Assembly (NCBI GenBank): GCA_009917695.1
Contig: JAACJG010000011.1
Location: forward strand, 1-28,996
DNA: 28,996 nt
Source: Candidatus Rifleibacterium amylolyticum
GTDB lineage: Bacteria; Muiribacteriota; Ozemobacteria; Ozemobacterales; Ozemobacteraceae
Reading direction: 5' to 3'
Positions 9,363-19,319 of the stretch are shown in pieces. The notes below the pieces were generated by a model that was given only the letters and a program-made list of their open reading frames with translations, did no database searches and was not told the DNA's origin. Within the stretch, counting starts at the first letter, position 1. Each line of letters begins with the position of its first letter. The translations under genes and the position numbers were made by a program.

Positions 9363-10701
9363 TGATAAACCCTCCTAACAGGTTGCAGTAGTTGTCGATT
9401 TCGTCTTTGCTGCGTTTTTCGGTAACAGCTACCAGCACGCAGTCTTTGAGATTCGCAAACCAGTTGTCGAGCGGAATGCCGGCAAAAACGCCATGTTTGG
9501 CCATTTTGCCGAGTACTTTGCGGGCGTTGGGGATCTTAACGACCAGTTCATGGAAGAAGCTGCCGGTAAACGGGAAGGTAACGCCATCAACCTTTGCGAG
9601 TTCGCGTTTGAGGTAATGCGCTTTCTGGAAACACTGGCCGGCTACTTCGCGAATGCCTTCGCGCCCCATCAGGCTCAAATAAATGGTTGCGTTGAGAGCC
9701 ATCAGCGCCTGGTTCGAGCAGATGTTGCTGCTCGCCTTTTCACGTCTGATATGCTGTTCGCGGGCCTGAAGAGTGAGCACAAAGCCGATTTTACCATCGA
9801 TATCGGTAGTTTTGCCGACGATACGACCGGGCATTCGGCGCAGCAACGCTTTTTTCGAAGCAAGAAAGCCGACGTAGGGGCCGCCAAAGCTGAGCGGAAT
9901 CCCGAGTGGTTGCCCTTCGCCGCAAACGATGTCGGCGCCAAGCTTCCCGGGGGTTTCAAGCAGGCCGAGAGCAATCGGGTTGGCGACGACTATTGCAAGA
10001 GCACCCGCTTCATGAGCAACTTCCGCAATTTTTTCGATATCTTCGATGCAGCCGAGGAAGTTCGGATACTGCATGACAACTGCTGCAACCTGGTTGTTCA
10101 GCATTTCATGCACTTTGGCCGGATCGACGACGCCGTCTTCGAACGGCACGCTGACAATTTCAGCTCCAAGCGGAGTGTTGAGCGAATTTATGACGCGGCG
10201 GTATTCCGGATTAACCGTCTGCAACACGAGAACCCGGTTGCGGCGGGTCTGTGCTGTCGCCATGTTGATGGCTTCGACAGTTGCGGTTGCGCCCTCATAC
10301 ATTGAAGCATTGGCCTGATCCATGCCGGTCAGCCCGCAGATCAGACTCTGAAATTCGTAGATACACTGGAGAGTGCCCTGCGAAACTTCTGGCTGATAGG
10401 GAGTGTAGGCCGTAAAAAAGTCGCCGCGCAGCAGCAGATGGTCGATTGCCGCCGGGATAATGTGATCGTAGGCTCCACCGCCAAGAAAACAGACCTTGTC
10501 ATCGACGGTCTCGTTGCTCTGTGAAAGGCGGGTCAGCTTTCTCGTCATTTCGGGCTCACTCATTCCTTCTGGGATGTTGAGGTCGCCCTGAAGCCTTAGT
10601 TCAGGCGGAATTTCGGCAAAAAGATCGTCGATGGTCTTTACGCCGATGGCCCCGAGCATTTCCTGCACTTCGGCAGGAGTTGTGGGGATATAGTTAGCCA
10701 T
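9355..10701 (-). CDS. gcvPA: glycine dehydrogenase (decarboxylating) subunit 1, N-terminal half of the P-protein
   Basis: 448 aa starting [25 protein letters not shown], the typical GcvPA N-terminus. Positioned between gcvH and gcvPB. Confidence 0.9.
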   Translation of the reverse strand: MANYIPTTPAEVQEMLGAIGVKTIDDLFAEIPPELRLQGDLNIPEGMSEPEMTRKLTRLSQSNETVDDKVCFLGGGAYDHIIPAAIDHLLLRGDFFTAYTPYQPEVSQGTLQCIYEFQSLICGLTGMDQANASMYEGATATVEAINMATAQTRRNRVLVLQTVNPEYRRVINSLNTPLGAEIVSVPFEDGVVDPAKVHEMLNNQVAAVVMQYPNFLGCIEDIEKIAEVAHEAGALAIVVANPIALGLLETPGKLGADIVCGEGQPLGIPLSFGGPYVGFLASKKALLRRMPGRIVGKTTDIDGKIGFVLTLQAREQHIRREKASSNICSNQALMALNATIYLSLMGREGIREVAGQCFQKAHYLKRELAKVDGVTFPFTGSFFHELVVKIPNARKVLGKMAKHGVFAGIPLDNWFANLKDCVLVAVTEKRSKDEIDNYCNLLGGFING

Positions 10702-10719
10702 AAGACAGCTCCTGTCGGT

Positions 10720-11079
10720 TTATTCGCAGATTTTTTTGTAGTCAGCTTCTGAAAGCAGTGTGTCGTATTCCTTGGAATCAGCGACCTTGATTTTAACTAT
10801 CCAGCCGGCATCCATCGGAGACTCGTTGACCAGAGCCGGGTTGCCTTCGAGTTCGCTGTTGGTTTCAACGACTTCGCCGCTGACCGGGGCATACATGTCA
10901 GAAACGGTCTTAACCGATTCAATGGTGCCAAAGGTCTTGCCAATAGTCAGTTTGCTGCCGTTTGCCGGAAGCTCGACAAAAACCACATCGCCAAGCTGGT
11001 GGGCGGCATATTCAGTAATGCCTACGGTTACCACGTTGCCATCGAGTTTTGCCCATTCATGTTCTTTTGTGAATCTCAT
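10720..11079 (-). CDS. gcvH: glycine cleavage system H protein (lipoyl carrier)
   Basis: 119 aa with the lipoyl-lysine motif ESVKTVSDMYAPVSGEVVETN. SD AGGAG upstream. Confidence 0.9.
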   Translation of the reverse strand: MRFTKEHEWAKLDGNVVTVGITEYAAHQLGDVVFVELPANGSKLTIGKTFGTIESVKTVSDMYAPVSGEVVETNSELEGNPALVNESPMDAGWIVKIKVADSKEYDTLLSEADYKKICE

Positions 11080-11093
11080 CTTGTAATCTCCTG

Positions 11094-12332
11094 TTAAATT
11101 GAGTAAAAGGGGAATTTTTTGCAGATTTCGTTTACTTTGCCCTTTACGGTTGCCAGATTGGCTTCGTCTTCGGGGGCAGTCAGTGCCTGATCCATCAGGT
11201 CCGCGATCTGGCTCATTTCATTGGGGGTCATGCCACGGGTAGTAACAGCCGGCGTGCCTACGCGCAGGCCTGAAGTGACAAAGGGCGACTGCGGGTCGTT
11301 AGGAATTGTATTTTTGTTAACTGTGATTCCGGCGTGATCAAGAGCTTTTTCAGCGAGTTTGCCAGTAACGTTCTTGTTGCGAACATCGATCAGCATCAGG
11401 TGGTTGTCGGTACCGCCAGATACGAGTCGGAAACCTTTGGCTGTAAGAGCTTTGGCAAGAGCCTGCGCGTTATCTATCACTTTTTTCTGGTATTCCTTGA
11501 ATTCGGGCTCAAGAGCTTCTTTAAAAGCGACGGCCTTGGCTGCGATTACATGCATCAGCGGGCCGCCCTGCAGACCAGGGAAAATCGCCTTATCGATCGC
11601 CTTAGCCCATTTCTCTTTGCAGAGAACAAGGCCGCCACGGGGGCCGCGCAGGGTTTTATGGGTTGTCGAGGTTACGAAATCAGCATAGGGTATCGGCGAT
11701 GGGTGCAGACCGGCAGCGACGAGGCCGGCGATGTGAGCCATATCGACACACATGACAGCATCGATTTCGTCGCAGACTTTGCGGATTCTTTCGAAATCGA
11801 TGATACGCGGGTAAGCAGAGGCGCCGACCATGATCATTTTGGCTTTATTTTCTACTGCCAGTTTGTGCAGCATGTTGTAATCAAGAGTTTCAGTGTCATC
11901 GGTAACGCCGTAAGGAACGACATTGTAGAGCAGGCCGCTGAAATTAACCGGGCTGCCGTGAGTGAGATGGCCGCCGTTCTGCAGGTTCATGCCAAGAAAG
12001 GTGTCGCCTGGCTTGAGAACGACCTGATATACGGCCATATTAGCCTGGCTGCCAGAATGTGGCTGTACGTTGGCATGTTCGGCGCCAAAAAGCTTTTTAA
12101 CGCGATCGCGAGCCAGGTTTTCGGCTTCATCGACGACTTCACAGCCGCCATAATAACGTTTCGCCGGGTAACCTTCGGCGTATTTGTTGGTGAGAACCGA
12201 GCCGAGAGCTTCGAGAACAGCTTCTGATACGAAGTTTTCTGAAGCGATAAGCTCGATCTGGCTCATCTGGCGATTTTTTTCGCGCCCGATAATTTCAAAA
12301 ATCTCGTTGTCGAATTCTTTAAGACTGCGCAT
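11094..12332 (-). CDS. glyA: serine hydroxymethyltransferase
   Basis: 412 aa with the SHMT signatures LIASENFVS and [12 protein letters not shown] (PLP-lysine). Confidence 0.92.
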   Translation of the reverse strand: MRSLKEFDNEIFEIIGREKNRQMSQIELIASENFVSEAVLEALGSVLTNKYAEGYPAKRYYGGCEVVDEAENLARDRVKKLFGAEHANVQPHSGSQANMAVYQVVLKPGDTFLGMNLQNGGHLTHGSPVNFSGLLYNVVPYGVTDDTETLDYNMLHKLAVENKAKMIMVGASAYPRIIDFERIRKVCDEIDAVMCVDMAHIAGLVAAGLHPSPIPYADFVTSTTHKTLRGPRGGLVLCKEKWAKAIDKAIFPGLQGGPLMHVIAAKAVAFKEALEPEFKEYQKKVIDNAQALAKALTAKGFRLVSGGTDNHLMLIDVRNKNVTGKLAEKALDHAGITVNKNTIPNDPQSPFVTSGLRVGTPAVTTRGMTPNEMSQIADLMDQALTAPEDEANLATVKGKVNEICKKFPFYSI

Positions 12333-12334
12333 TA

Positions 12335-13423
12335 TTAACTCCTTGCCCTGGTGTAAAATGGTGTTTCTATGACTGTAGCGGGATAATTCTTGCCGCGAAT
12401 TTCAATGTCGAAAACAGTGCCGATGGCGCTGAGCGCTGGCGGTACGTAGCCGAGTCCGATGTTTTTCTTGAGAGTCGGGGCCATGGTGCCAGAAGTCACT
12501 TCGCCAACGGTTTTGCCGTCTTTTACGATCGGGTAGCCGTGACGGGCAGCCGGGCCTTTACCCAGTTCAAAGCCGACGAGAGTCTTGCTGACGCCCTGTT
12601 CTTTCTGCTTTTTGAGCACATCGCTGCCGGTAAACGCGCCTTTGTTGAACTTTACGGTCCAGTTCAGATTAGCTTCGATCGGAGTTGTATTGTCACTGAT
12701 ATCGTTGCCATAGAGCATCAGACGTGCTTCGAGCCTGAGCGTGTCGCGGGCGCCAAGCCCTATGGGTTTGATTCCTGCCTCTTTGCCGGCTTCCATCAGA
12801 GCGTTCCAGAGCTTTTCTGAATGCTCGGCCGGGTAGTAGAGTTCGAAGCCTTCTTCGCCGGTATAGCCGGTGCGACTGATGATGCATTCTACGTCGAGAA
12901 CCTTGCCTGAGGTGAACCAGTAGAATTTGATGGGTTTGAGGCGCTGGCGGGTAAGCTTTTGCAGAATGGCTTCAGCCTGTGGCCCTTGAATCGCTATCAA
13001 GCCGGTGTTGTTCGACTGGTTGTCGAATTTAACATCGCCTTCGAGTTGGCTTTTGATCCAGTTGTAGTCTTTTTCGATATTGCTGGCGTTGACGACGAGC
13101 AGAAACTTTTCTGCGTTCCAGCGGTAGACGAGCAGGTCATCGACGATACTGCCATCGGGTCGGCACATCGGAGTATAAGCTATCTGGCGGTCAGAGAGAG
13201 CTTCGGCATCCTGTGTGACAATTTTTTGAACATTTTTGAGCGCGTCAGGCCCGGTCAGCCAGAATTCGCCCATGTGGAAAAGATCGAAAAGCCCGGCCGC
13301 CTCGCGCACGGCATTGTGCTCTTCGATGATCGAAGTATACTGCACCGGCATATACCAGCCCGAAAAATCGATCATTCGGGCGCCAAGTTTTTCATGCACT
13401 GCACACAACGGGGTCTTGTTCAT
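12335..13423 (-). CDS. gcvT: aminomethyltransferase, glycine cleavage system T protein
   Basis: 362 aa of the GcvT family (folate-binding, YTGEEGFEL motif). SD AGGAG. Confidence 0.88.
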   Translation of the reverse strand: MNKTPLCAVHEKLGARMIDFSGWYMPVQYTSIIEEHNAVREAAGLFDLFHMGEFWLTGPDALKNVQKIVTQDAEALSDRQIAYTPMCRPDGSIVDDLLVYRWNAEKFLLVVNASNIEKDYNWIKSQLEGDVKFDNQSNNTGLIAIQGPQAEAILQKLTRQRLKPIKFYWFTSGKVLDVECIISRTGYTGEEGFELYYPAEHSEKLWNALMEAGKEAGIKPIGLGARDTLRLEARLMLYGNDISDNTTPIEANLNWTVKFNKGAFTGSDVLKKQKEQGVSKTLVGFELGKGPAARHGYPIVKDGKTVGEVTSGTMAPTLKKNIGLGYVPPALSAIGTVFDIEIRGKNYPATVIETPFYTRARS

Positions 13424-13442
13424 TCTTATCTCCTTTGAGTTC

Positions 13443-15104
13443 TCATAAACCAGTTATATTGCCGTTTTCATCGACATCTATATGCTCGGCTGAAGGGGTT
13501 GCCGGCAGTCCCGGCATGGTCATGATCTCGCCAGCAATGGCGACGACAAAGCCGGCGCCGGCGCTCAGTCTGGCTTCGCGTATGGTAACTTCGAAACCGC
13601 TCGGCCGACCAAGCTTGTTAACAGTATCAGAGAGCGATGACTGGGTTTTGGCGATACATACCGGAACCTTGCGATAACCCAGTTTCTCGAACATTTCGAG
13701 GCTGTCTTTGGCTTTTTTCAGAATGGTTACGCTGCCGGCTCCGTAGCAGCAGCGCGCAATGACGTTAATTTTTTCAATAAGCGGCATTTCAAGCGGGTAG
13801 AGACAGGCGAATTCGTTTTTCTGACTGGCGATGACCTTTTCGATTTCTTTAGCCAGTGCCAGTCCGCCTTCCGGGCCTTTTCCATAAATATCAGCTTCGA
13901 CCGCAGCAACGCCGAGCTTTCGCGCCGCTTCGACTACCCAGGCAATCTCAGCATCGGTATCGCTGGCAAAGCGGTTAACCGAGACCACGCAGGGCACTCC
14001 GTAATGGCCGATGTTTTCGATATGTTTGGCGAGATTGTCGAAACCGGCTTTGACTGCCTGCAGATTCTCAGCATCAAGCTGATTTTTGGGAACACCGCCG
14101 TGCATCTTGAGAGCCCTTACCGTGGCGACTATTACTGCTGCGGCCGGTTTTAGTCCGCCAACCCGGCATTTGATATCGAAGAATTTTTCGGCGCCAAGAT
14201 CGGTGGCGAAGCCTGCTTCAGTAATCACAACATCAGCAAGTTTGAGGGCAAGCTTGGTGGCAACCAGACTGTTGCAGCCATGCGCGATATTGGCGAACGG
14301 GCCGCCATGAATCAAAACCGGCGTGGAATAGCGAGTCTGCACCAGGTTTGGCTTCATCGCCTCTTTGAGAATGGCGCACATTGCACCCTGAGCCTTGAAA
14401 TCACGGGCATAGATCGGTTCGCCCTTGCGGTTGAACGAGACAATCATGTTGCCCAGTCGCTCTCGCAGCTCGTTCAGGTCTTCAGAGAGGCAAAGGGCAG
14501 CCATGACTTCAGAAGCGGCAGTGATATCGAAGCCGGTCTCGCGCGGAACTCCATTTGCCGGGCCGCCGAGGCCAGATACGATACAACGCAGACTGCGGTC
14601 GTTCATGTCCATGACGCGACGGAATGGTGTTGACTTGGGGTCGATATCAAGCTGGTTGCCATGCTGAATGTGGTTGGCTACAAGTGCGGTTAGCAAATTG
14701 TGAGCAGAAGTTACCGCGTGAATGTCACCGGTAAAATGCAGATTGATTTCGGCCATCGGCTCGATCTGACTCTTACCGCCGCCGGTGGCGCCACCTTTGA
14801 CACCAAATACCGGGCCCATTGAGGGCTCGCGCAGACACAGCATGGTCCTGCGGCCGAGCGCTCGAAACGAGTCAGCCAGGCCGATGCAGGTCGTGGTTTT
14901 GCCTTCACCGGCAGGTGTCGGTGTCATTGCTGACACCAGAATCAGTTTGCCATCAGGATTACCCGCCAGCCGCTGTCGCGCCTTTGCCGATACCTTAGCC
15001 TTCATGCGGCCATAGGGTTCAATTTCGTCATGCAGAAGGCCAATTTCAAGACCGACGTCTTCAATCGGTCTAAGCCCTTCTTTAAGTTGCCTGTATTCTG
15101 TCAA
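13443..15104 (-). CDS. fhs: formate--tetrahydrofolate ligase (formyl-THF synthetase)
   Basis: 553 aa with the TPTPAGEGKTTT P-loop signature of FTHFS. TTG start preceded by a GAGGTGAGG SD. Confidence 0.9.
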   Translation of the reverse strand: MTEYRQLKEGLRPIEDVGLEIGLLHDEIEPYGRMKAKVSAKARQRLAGNPDGKLILVSAMTPTPAGEGKTTTCIGLADSFRALGRRTMLCLREPSMGPVFGVKGGATGGGKSQIEPMAEINLHFTGDIHAVTSAHNLLTALVANHIQHGNQLDIDPKSTPFRRVMDMNDRSLRCIVSGLGGPANGVPRETGFDITAASEVMAALCLSEDLNELRERLGNMIVSFNRKGEPIYARDFKAQGAMCAILKEAMKPNLVQTRYSTPVLIHGGPFANIAHGCNSLVATKLALKLADVVITEAGFATDLGAEKFFDIKCRVGGLKPAAAVIVATVRALKMHGGVPKNQLDAENLQAVKAGFDNLAKHIENIGHYGVPCVVSVNRFASDTDAEIAWVVEAARKLGVAAVEADIYGKGPEGGLALAKEIEKVIASQKNEFACLYPLEMPLIEKINVIARCCYGAGSVTILKKAKDSLEMFEKLGYRKVPVCIAKTQSSLSDTVNKLGRPSGFEVTIREARLSAGAGFVVAIAGEIMTMPGLPATPSAEHIDVDENGNITGL

Positions 15105-15116
15105 AGCCTCACCTCA

Positions 15117-16289
15117 TCACTTGTAATTGAGAAAATATTCCATGGTGGCGCTGATGCCGGCGCCAACCTGTTTGAGATAACCAGATTTTTTGAGCGTCAT
15201 CTCGAGCAGGCCGACAGTACCGAGAATATCGCGCTCGCCAATCGCGCCTATTGTGGTAATGCGCAGAAGCTTGGTTGCGAACTGTTCCTGTCCGCCTGCA
15301 ATAAGCACACCGTAGCGGTTGCGCAGTTCACTGACTATATCTTTTGGCGCGACGCCCTCCGGTGAGTAGAAAACTGTCAGCACATTGGAGGTTGCATCTT
15401 CGTCTGTAAAAAGGCGCAGATTCATTGCCTTGAGTGCGGCACGCAGACCGCCGGCCAGTTTATCATAATGTTTGAAGCAGTTTTCGATGCCGATGCGGTC
15501 GATCTTACGCAGTGCTTCGAGCAGCGAAAACATGACGTTGATGGCGGGTGTCCATGGATATGCCGGAATCGCGCCTTCCTGGTCTTTTTTGTAAATTTTC
15601 AGATCGAAATAATAGCCGTGGCACTTGACCTGTTCAACCTTGGCCCAGGCCTTTTCTGAGAGAGCGACCATGCCGACACCTGGAGGTGCCAGAAAGCCCT
15701 TTTGCGAGGCTGACACGGCGACATCGACATGCCATTCATCCATTTTAAAGGGGAGGGCTCCGATACCCGAAACGCCGTCGGTGATGAAAATCTTGCCTTT
15801 GTCTTTGAGAAACTTGCCAATAGCTTCGATATCGTTGCGAATACCGGTTGAGGTTTCGTTAAAAGTGACGGTAACGCCTGAAATCTCGGGGTTCTTTTCG
15901 AGAGCGGCAGCTATCTGCTCGACAGTTACACGTTTGCCGTCTTCACAGGCGAGCACGACTGTTTTTAGTCTGAATGCTTCGCAGATCCTGGTGAAGCGCA
16001 CGCCGAATACGCCAGTTTGAATGGTCAATACCGTTTCGCCTTCATTAAAAAGATTGGCGATGGCGGTTTCCATGGCACCGGTGCCAGATGAGGTTGTCAA
16101 ATAAAGCTTTTGCGTCGTGCCAAAGAATTTTTTGAGCAGAGTTACACATTCAGTGTATACCGGCGCAAAATCATTGGTGCGGTGGTGGGTAAGAGCGCGG
16201 GCTCCTGCCAGAGTTACTTCTGCGTCGAGGTGAACAGGGCCAGGGGTCATCAACAGGGTATCAATTTCCATGACAGTTCTCCATTCCAT
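15117..16289 (-). CDS. class V (AGXT-family) aminotransferase, serine--glyoxylate/serine--pyruvate or phosphoserine aminotransferase-like
   Basis: A PLP-lysine motif SASQKGF and AGXT-family similarity throughout. The likely true start is Met7 (16271), which has a better SD. Confidence 0.75.
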   Translation of the reverse strand: MEWRTVMEIDTLLMTPGPVHLDAEVTLAGARALTHHRTNDFAPVYTECVTLLKKFFGTTQKLYLTTSSGTGAMETAIANLFNEGETVLTIQTGVFGVRFTRICEAFRLKTVVLACEDGKRVTVEQIAAALEKNPEISGVTVTFNETSTGIRNDIEAIGKFLKDKGKIFITDGVSGIGALPFKMDEWHVDVAVSASQKGFLAPPGVGMVALSEKAWAKVEQVKCHGYYFDLKIYKKDQEGAIPAYPWTPAINVMFSLLEALRKIDRIGIENCFKHYDKLAGGLRAALKAMNLRLFTDEDATSNVLTVFYSPEGVAPKDIVSELRNRYGVLIAGGQEQFATKLLRITTIGAIGERDILGTVGLLEMTLKKSGYLKQVGAGISATMEYFLNYK

Positions 16290-16303
16290 TCCTTGTGTTT
16301 ATC

Positions 16304-17170
16304 TTATGATAATTTTTCTTTTGCTTTTAAAGTGTTGGCCAGCAGCATGGCGATGGTCATCGGCCCGACTCCGCCCGGCACCGGCGTGATATAACCGGCC
16401 CGCTGCGCTGCCGGTTCAAATTCTACGTCACCAACCAGCCGGTAACCTTTTGCTGACGCCGGGTCATCGACCGAGTTGATGCCGACATCGATAACGACAC
16501 TGCCAGGCTTAACCCATTCGCCTTTGACGAATTCCGGCTTGCCGAGTCCGGCAACGATAATGTCGGCGCCACTGATCAGGGCTGGCAGGTCGCGGGTGCG
16601 CGAATGGGCGACAGTCACCGTAGCGTTGGCTTTGGTCAGCAGCGCCGCCATCGGCTTGCCGACTATGTTACTGCGCCCGATTACGAGGGCAGTTTTCCCC
16701 TCAATCGGAACTTTGTAGCGCTTGAGCATTTCCATGACGCCCAGTGGTGTGCAGGGAACGAAGGTATCGACGCCGAGATGCAGATAACCGACATTCACCG
16801 GATGAAAACCATCGACGTCTTTGCGCGGATCAATTGTCTGCAAAGCCTCAGATTCGTTGAGATGAGAGGGCAGGGGAAGCTGCAGCAGAATGCCGTGAAT
16901 TTGCGGATCCTGGTTGAGCCGACGTATCTCGTCGAGCAGTCCAGCCTGCGTCGTCTGGCCATCGAGAGTGATTTCACGCGAATAGATACCGGCCTCTTCA
17001 CATGCCTTTTTTTTGGAGTTGACATAGACGCGCGACGCCTTGTTGTCGCCAACGATTATGACGGCGAGTCCGGGTGGTTTCTGCCCGGCGCTGGTCATTG
17101 TCTTGACCGATGCGGCGACTTCGGCCCGGATCTGCTGAGATAGCTGTTTCCCGTCGAGGATTGTGGTCAC
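16304..17170 (-). CDS. folD: bifunctional 5,10-methylene-THF dehydrogenase / 5,10-methenyl-THF cyclohydrolase
   Basis: A 288-aa FolD-family protein. GTG start with an AGGAG SD. Confidence 0.9.
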   Translation of the reverse strand: MTTILDGKQLSQQIRAEVAASVKTMTSAGQKPPGLAVIIVGDNKASRVYVNSKKKACEEAGIYSREITLDGQTTQAGLLDEIRRLNQDPQIHGILLQLPLPSHLNESEALQTIDPRKDVDGFHPVNVGYLHLGVDTFVPCTPLGVMEMLKRYKVPIEGKTALVIGRSNIVGKPMAALLTKANATVTVAHSRTRDLPALISGADIIVAGLGKPEFVKGEWVKPGSVVIDVGINSVDDPASAKGYRLVGDVEFEPAAQRAGYITPVPGGVGPMTIAMLLANTLKAKEKLS

Positions 17171-17200
17171 GGCAGACTCCTGTTAAATGATTTTCAGCCG

Positions 17201-17229
17201 AGTATAACGCTGTAAAAGTAAATAGGCAA
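17201..17229 (-). promoter_or_regulatory. candidate sigma70 promoter of folD–gcv operon (TTGCCT-N17-TATACT)
   Basis: The - strand reads TTGCCT, a 17-nt spacer, and TATACT, about 30 nt upstream of the folD GTG. Confidence 0.4.
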
Positions 17230-17455
17230 CCCTTATCTAAGAAATTCGCCCGAAGAAATACTCTATAGAGGCAAATCGCATGAAACTCGGTCGAAAGACA
17301 CAAACCGCCGATTCTCTCATCGCAAAGAAACAGGATTCCCTGTCATGTTTTGAAAGCTATGGGTTTATTAGAGACAGAGACAAAAAGTCTGGATATGGAA
17401 ATGGTTTGCTGATAGGATATGGCGATAGATCGATCGGACAGGGAGAGTGATTTAA

Positions 17456-18448
17456 GTGGAATCATGTGAGAAAACCCCGGTTTCGGGGAGAGAAATTATC
17501 GATATGGCCGGTCGCAAGGTGATCTTACCTGAAACCATCAATTCGGTTTTTGCCGGGTCATTTTATGGTTACACCATGCTTGCCTCGCTGGCGCCTGAGA
17601 TGATAGCCGCAACGCCAATGCCGGCGCGTGAATGCGATAAAAGGTATCTGCACCCGCACCTGCATGATCTGCCGGTAATCGAAAAAATTACCGAAGTAGA
17701 TGCACTGGCAAAGGTTAAACCCGACGTTATAGTAGTCTGGGCGGACAAGGAGCAGCCTTTTCATAAAAAGTCAGAGGCTGTTTGCGATTCTCTGGGTATT
17801 CCATTCGTGTATGCAATAGTTGGCAATCTTGGTGATGTCGAAGATTTTCCGGCAGCTTACGAGTTTCTTGGCAAACTGTTGGGGTGCGAAGCCCGTGCTG
17901 CACGCCTCGCCGAATATTGCCGGGAAACGCTCGCCGAGGTCACCACGGTGGTCGATCGCATACCTGAGCGCCTTAGACCTGGTGTTTATTATGCTGAATG
18001 TGAAAACGGGCTGGCGACTGAATTCGACGATTCGTTGCACGCTCATCTGTTTCGCCTGATGGGCGATGTCAATGTCCATCGAGGGCACATTGCCGAGCAT
18101 AAAGGTCTCGAACCGGTTACTTTCGAGCAGATAGAAGCTTATAACCCTGACGTGATAATTGCCTGGAGCCGTTCATTCGTAAAAAACGTCATGCTGGATC
18201 CTCGCTGGAACGAGATCAGAGCCGTTCGCAACCATAGGGTTTATCCGATTCCGAACGTTCCGTTCAACTGGTTCGACCGGCCGCCCTGCTTCATGCGGAT
18301 AATCGGTCTCAAGTGGCTTGCTCATCTGCTTTATCCAAATGATTACGCGGTCGACCTCGTCAAGGAGACCCAACAATTCTATGCATTGTATCTCGACAAG
18401 GAAATCTCAGCCGAAGAAGCCGGCAGAATCATCGCCCAGGAAACATGA
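17456..18448 (+). CDS. periplasmic-binding-protein fold (Peripla_BP_2, BtuF/FhuD-like cluster A) protein without signal peptide (predicted cytoplasmic)
   Basis: 330 aa with the typical N-terminus GREIIDMAGRKVILPETINSVFAG of corrinoid/siderophore-type substrate-binding proteins. The N-terminus is not hydrophobic, and an in-frame stop sits 3 nt upstream of the GTG start. The stop overlaps the next gene (ATGA). Confidence 0.65.
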   Translation: MESCEKTPVSGREIIDMAGRKVILPETINSVFAGSFYGYTMLASLAPEMIAATPMPARECDKRYLHPHLHDLPVIEKITEVDALAKVKPDVIVVWADKEQPFHKKSEAVCDSLGIPFVYAIVGNLGDVEDFPAAYEFLGKLLGCEARAARLAEYCRETLAEVTTVVDRIPERLRPGVYYAECENGLATEFDDSLHAHLFRLMGDVNVHRGHIAEHKGLEPVTFEQIEAYNPDVIIAWSRSFVKNVMLDPRWNEIRAVRNHRVYPIPNVPFNWFDRPPCFMRIIGLKWLAHLLYPNDYAVDLVKETQQFYALYLDKEISAEEAGRIIAQET

Positions 18449-19317
18449 TTGTCAGTGTCAGTCGGCGAACGGATATACCGGCTTTTTATCATGAGTGGTT
18501 TTACAACCGCCTGACGACAGGCTTTGTGCTGACAAGAAACCCGATGAATCCGGCGCAGATCCGGCGGGTTGAGTTGAACCCGGAAGAGGTTGACTGTTTT
18601 GTGTTCTGGAGCAAGAACCCGCAACCGTTTATGCAGAACTTCAGTCGGCTGAATGCTTATAAATACTACTTTCAGTTCACGCTGACGCCTTACGATCGTG
18701 ACCTTGAGCCCGGGTTGCCAGATAAAAGAGAGCTAATTGGGACATTTCGCGCGCTGTCAACTGAGATAGGCGCAGAAAAGGTTGTCTGGCGGTATGATCC
18801 GATAATCTTTACTTCGCGATACGATCTGCAATACCATGCCGGGCATTTTGCCTGGCTATGTGAGCAACTGAGCGGCTTTACTGAACGTTGTATCATCAGC
18901 TTTTATGACCACTACAATTTTGTCAGGCGCAATCTGAACGGCATCGAAATTTTGCCGGTTGACAGTGCCAGAATACGCGAGATTGCACTAATATTTGCCG
19001 AAACAGCCGGCAAAAATGGTTTGACGGTCGAAAGCTGCGCCGAAAGTGAAAACCTGGAAGAATTTGGTATCGCGCATGGGCGTTGCATCGATGACCGTTT
19101 GATCAACCGCATCTGCGGGCGCGATTTACATTTAAAAAGAGACCATGGCCAGCGCCCGTTGTGCGGCTGCGTTAAAAGCGTCGATATTGGCGCCTATTCA
19201 ACCTGCCTTCACGGCTGCCGCTATTGCTATGCGGCCAGGCAACGGCTTACTGCTGCACAGATATCGTCAAGACACGACCCCACAGCACCATTTCTGGTTG
19301 GCAATTCTACTAAATAG
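18445..19317 (+). CDS. DUF1848 family protein with C-terminal CX3CX2C cysteine cluster (putative Fe-S / radical-SAM-like)
   Basis: 290 aa with the characteristic N-terminus MIVSVSRRTDIPAFYHEWFYNRL and the C-terminal cluster CGC...CLHGCRYCYA (C-X3-C-X2-C). Translationally coupled to the upstream PBP-fold gene. Confidence 0.6.
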   Translation: MIVSVSRRTDIPAFYHEWFYNRLTTGFVLTRNPMNPAQIRRVELNPEEVDCFVFWSKNPQPFMQNFSRLNAYKYYFQFTLTPYDRDLEPGLPDKRELIGTFRALSTEIGAEKVVWRYDPIIFTSRYDLQYHAGHFAWLCEQLSGFTERCIISFYDHYNFVRRNLNGIEILPVDSARIREIALIFAETAGKNGLTVESCAESENLEEFGIAHGRCIDDRLINRICGRDLHLKRDHGQRPLCGCVKSVDIGAYSTCLHGCRYCYAARQRLTAAQISSRHDPTAPFLVGNSTK

Positions 19318-19319
19318 GT

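Noticed and set aside
7896-12227. Long + strand ORFs (7896-8552, 8562-9365, 9493-10305, 11334-12227; 218-297 aa) antisense to gcvPB, gcvPA and glyA
   Set aside because: They lie entirely inside well-supported conserved - strand genes in a GC-rich stretch. Their proteins are low-complexity (Ala/Arg/Gly-rich) with no domain signatures or SDs. This is the classic antisense-ORF artefact.
17171-17455. Glycine riboswitch upstream of the folD–gcv operon
   Set aside because: Reading the leader on the - strand shows no tandem aptamer core (no ...ACCGAAGG...CTCAGGCAAAAGGAC... elements). The sigma70 promoter lies only about 30 nt from the folD start, leaving no room for an aptamer.
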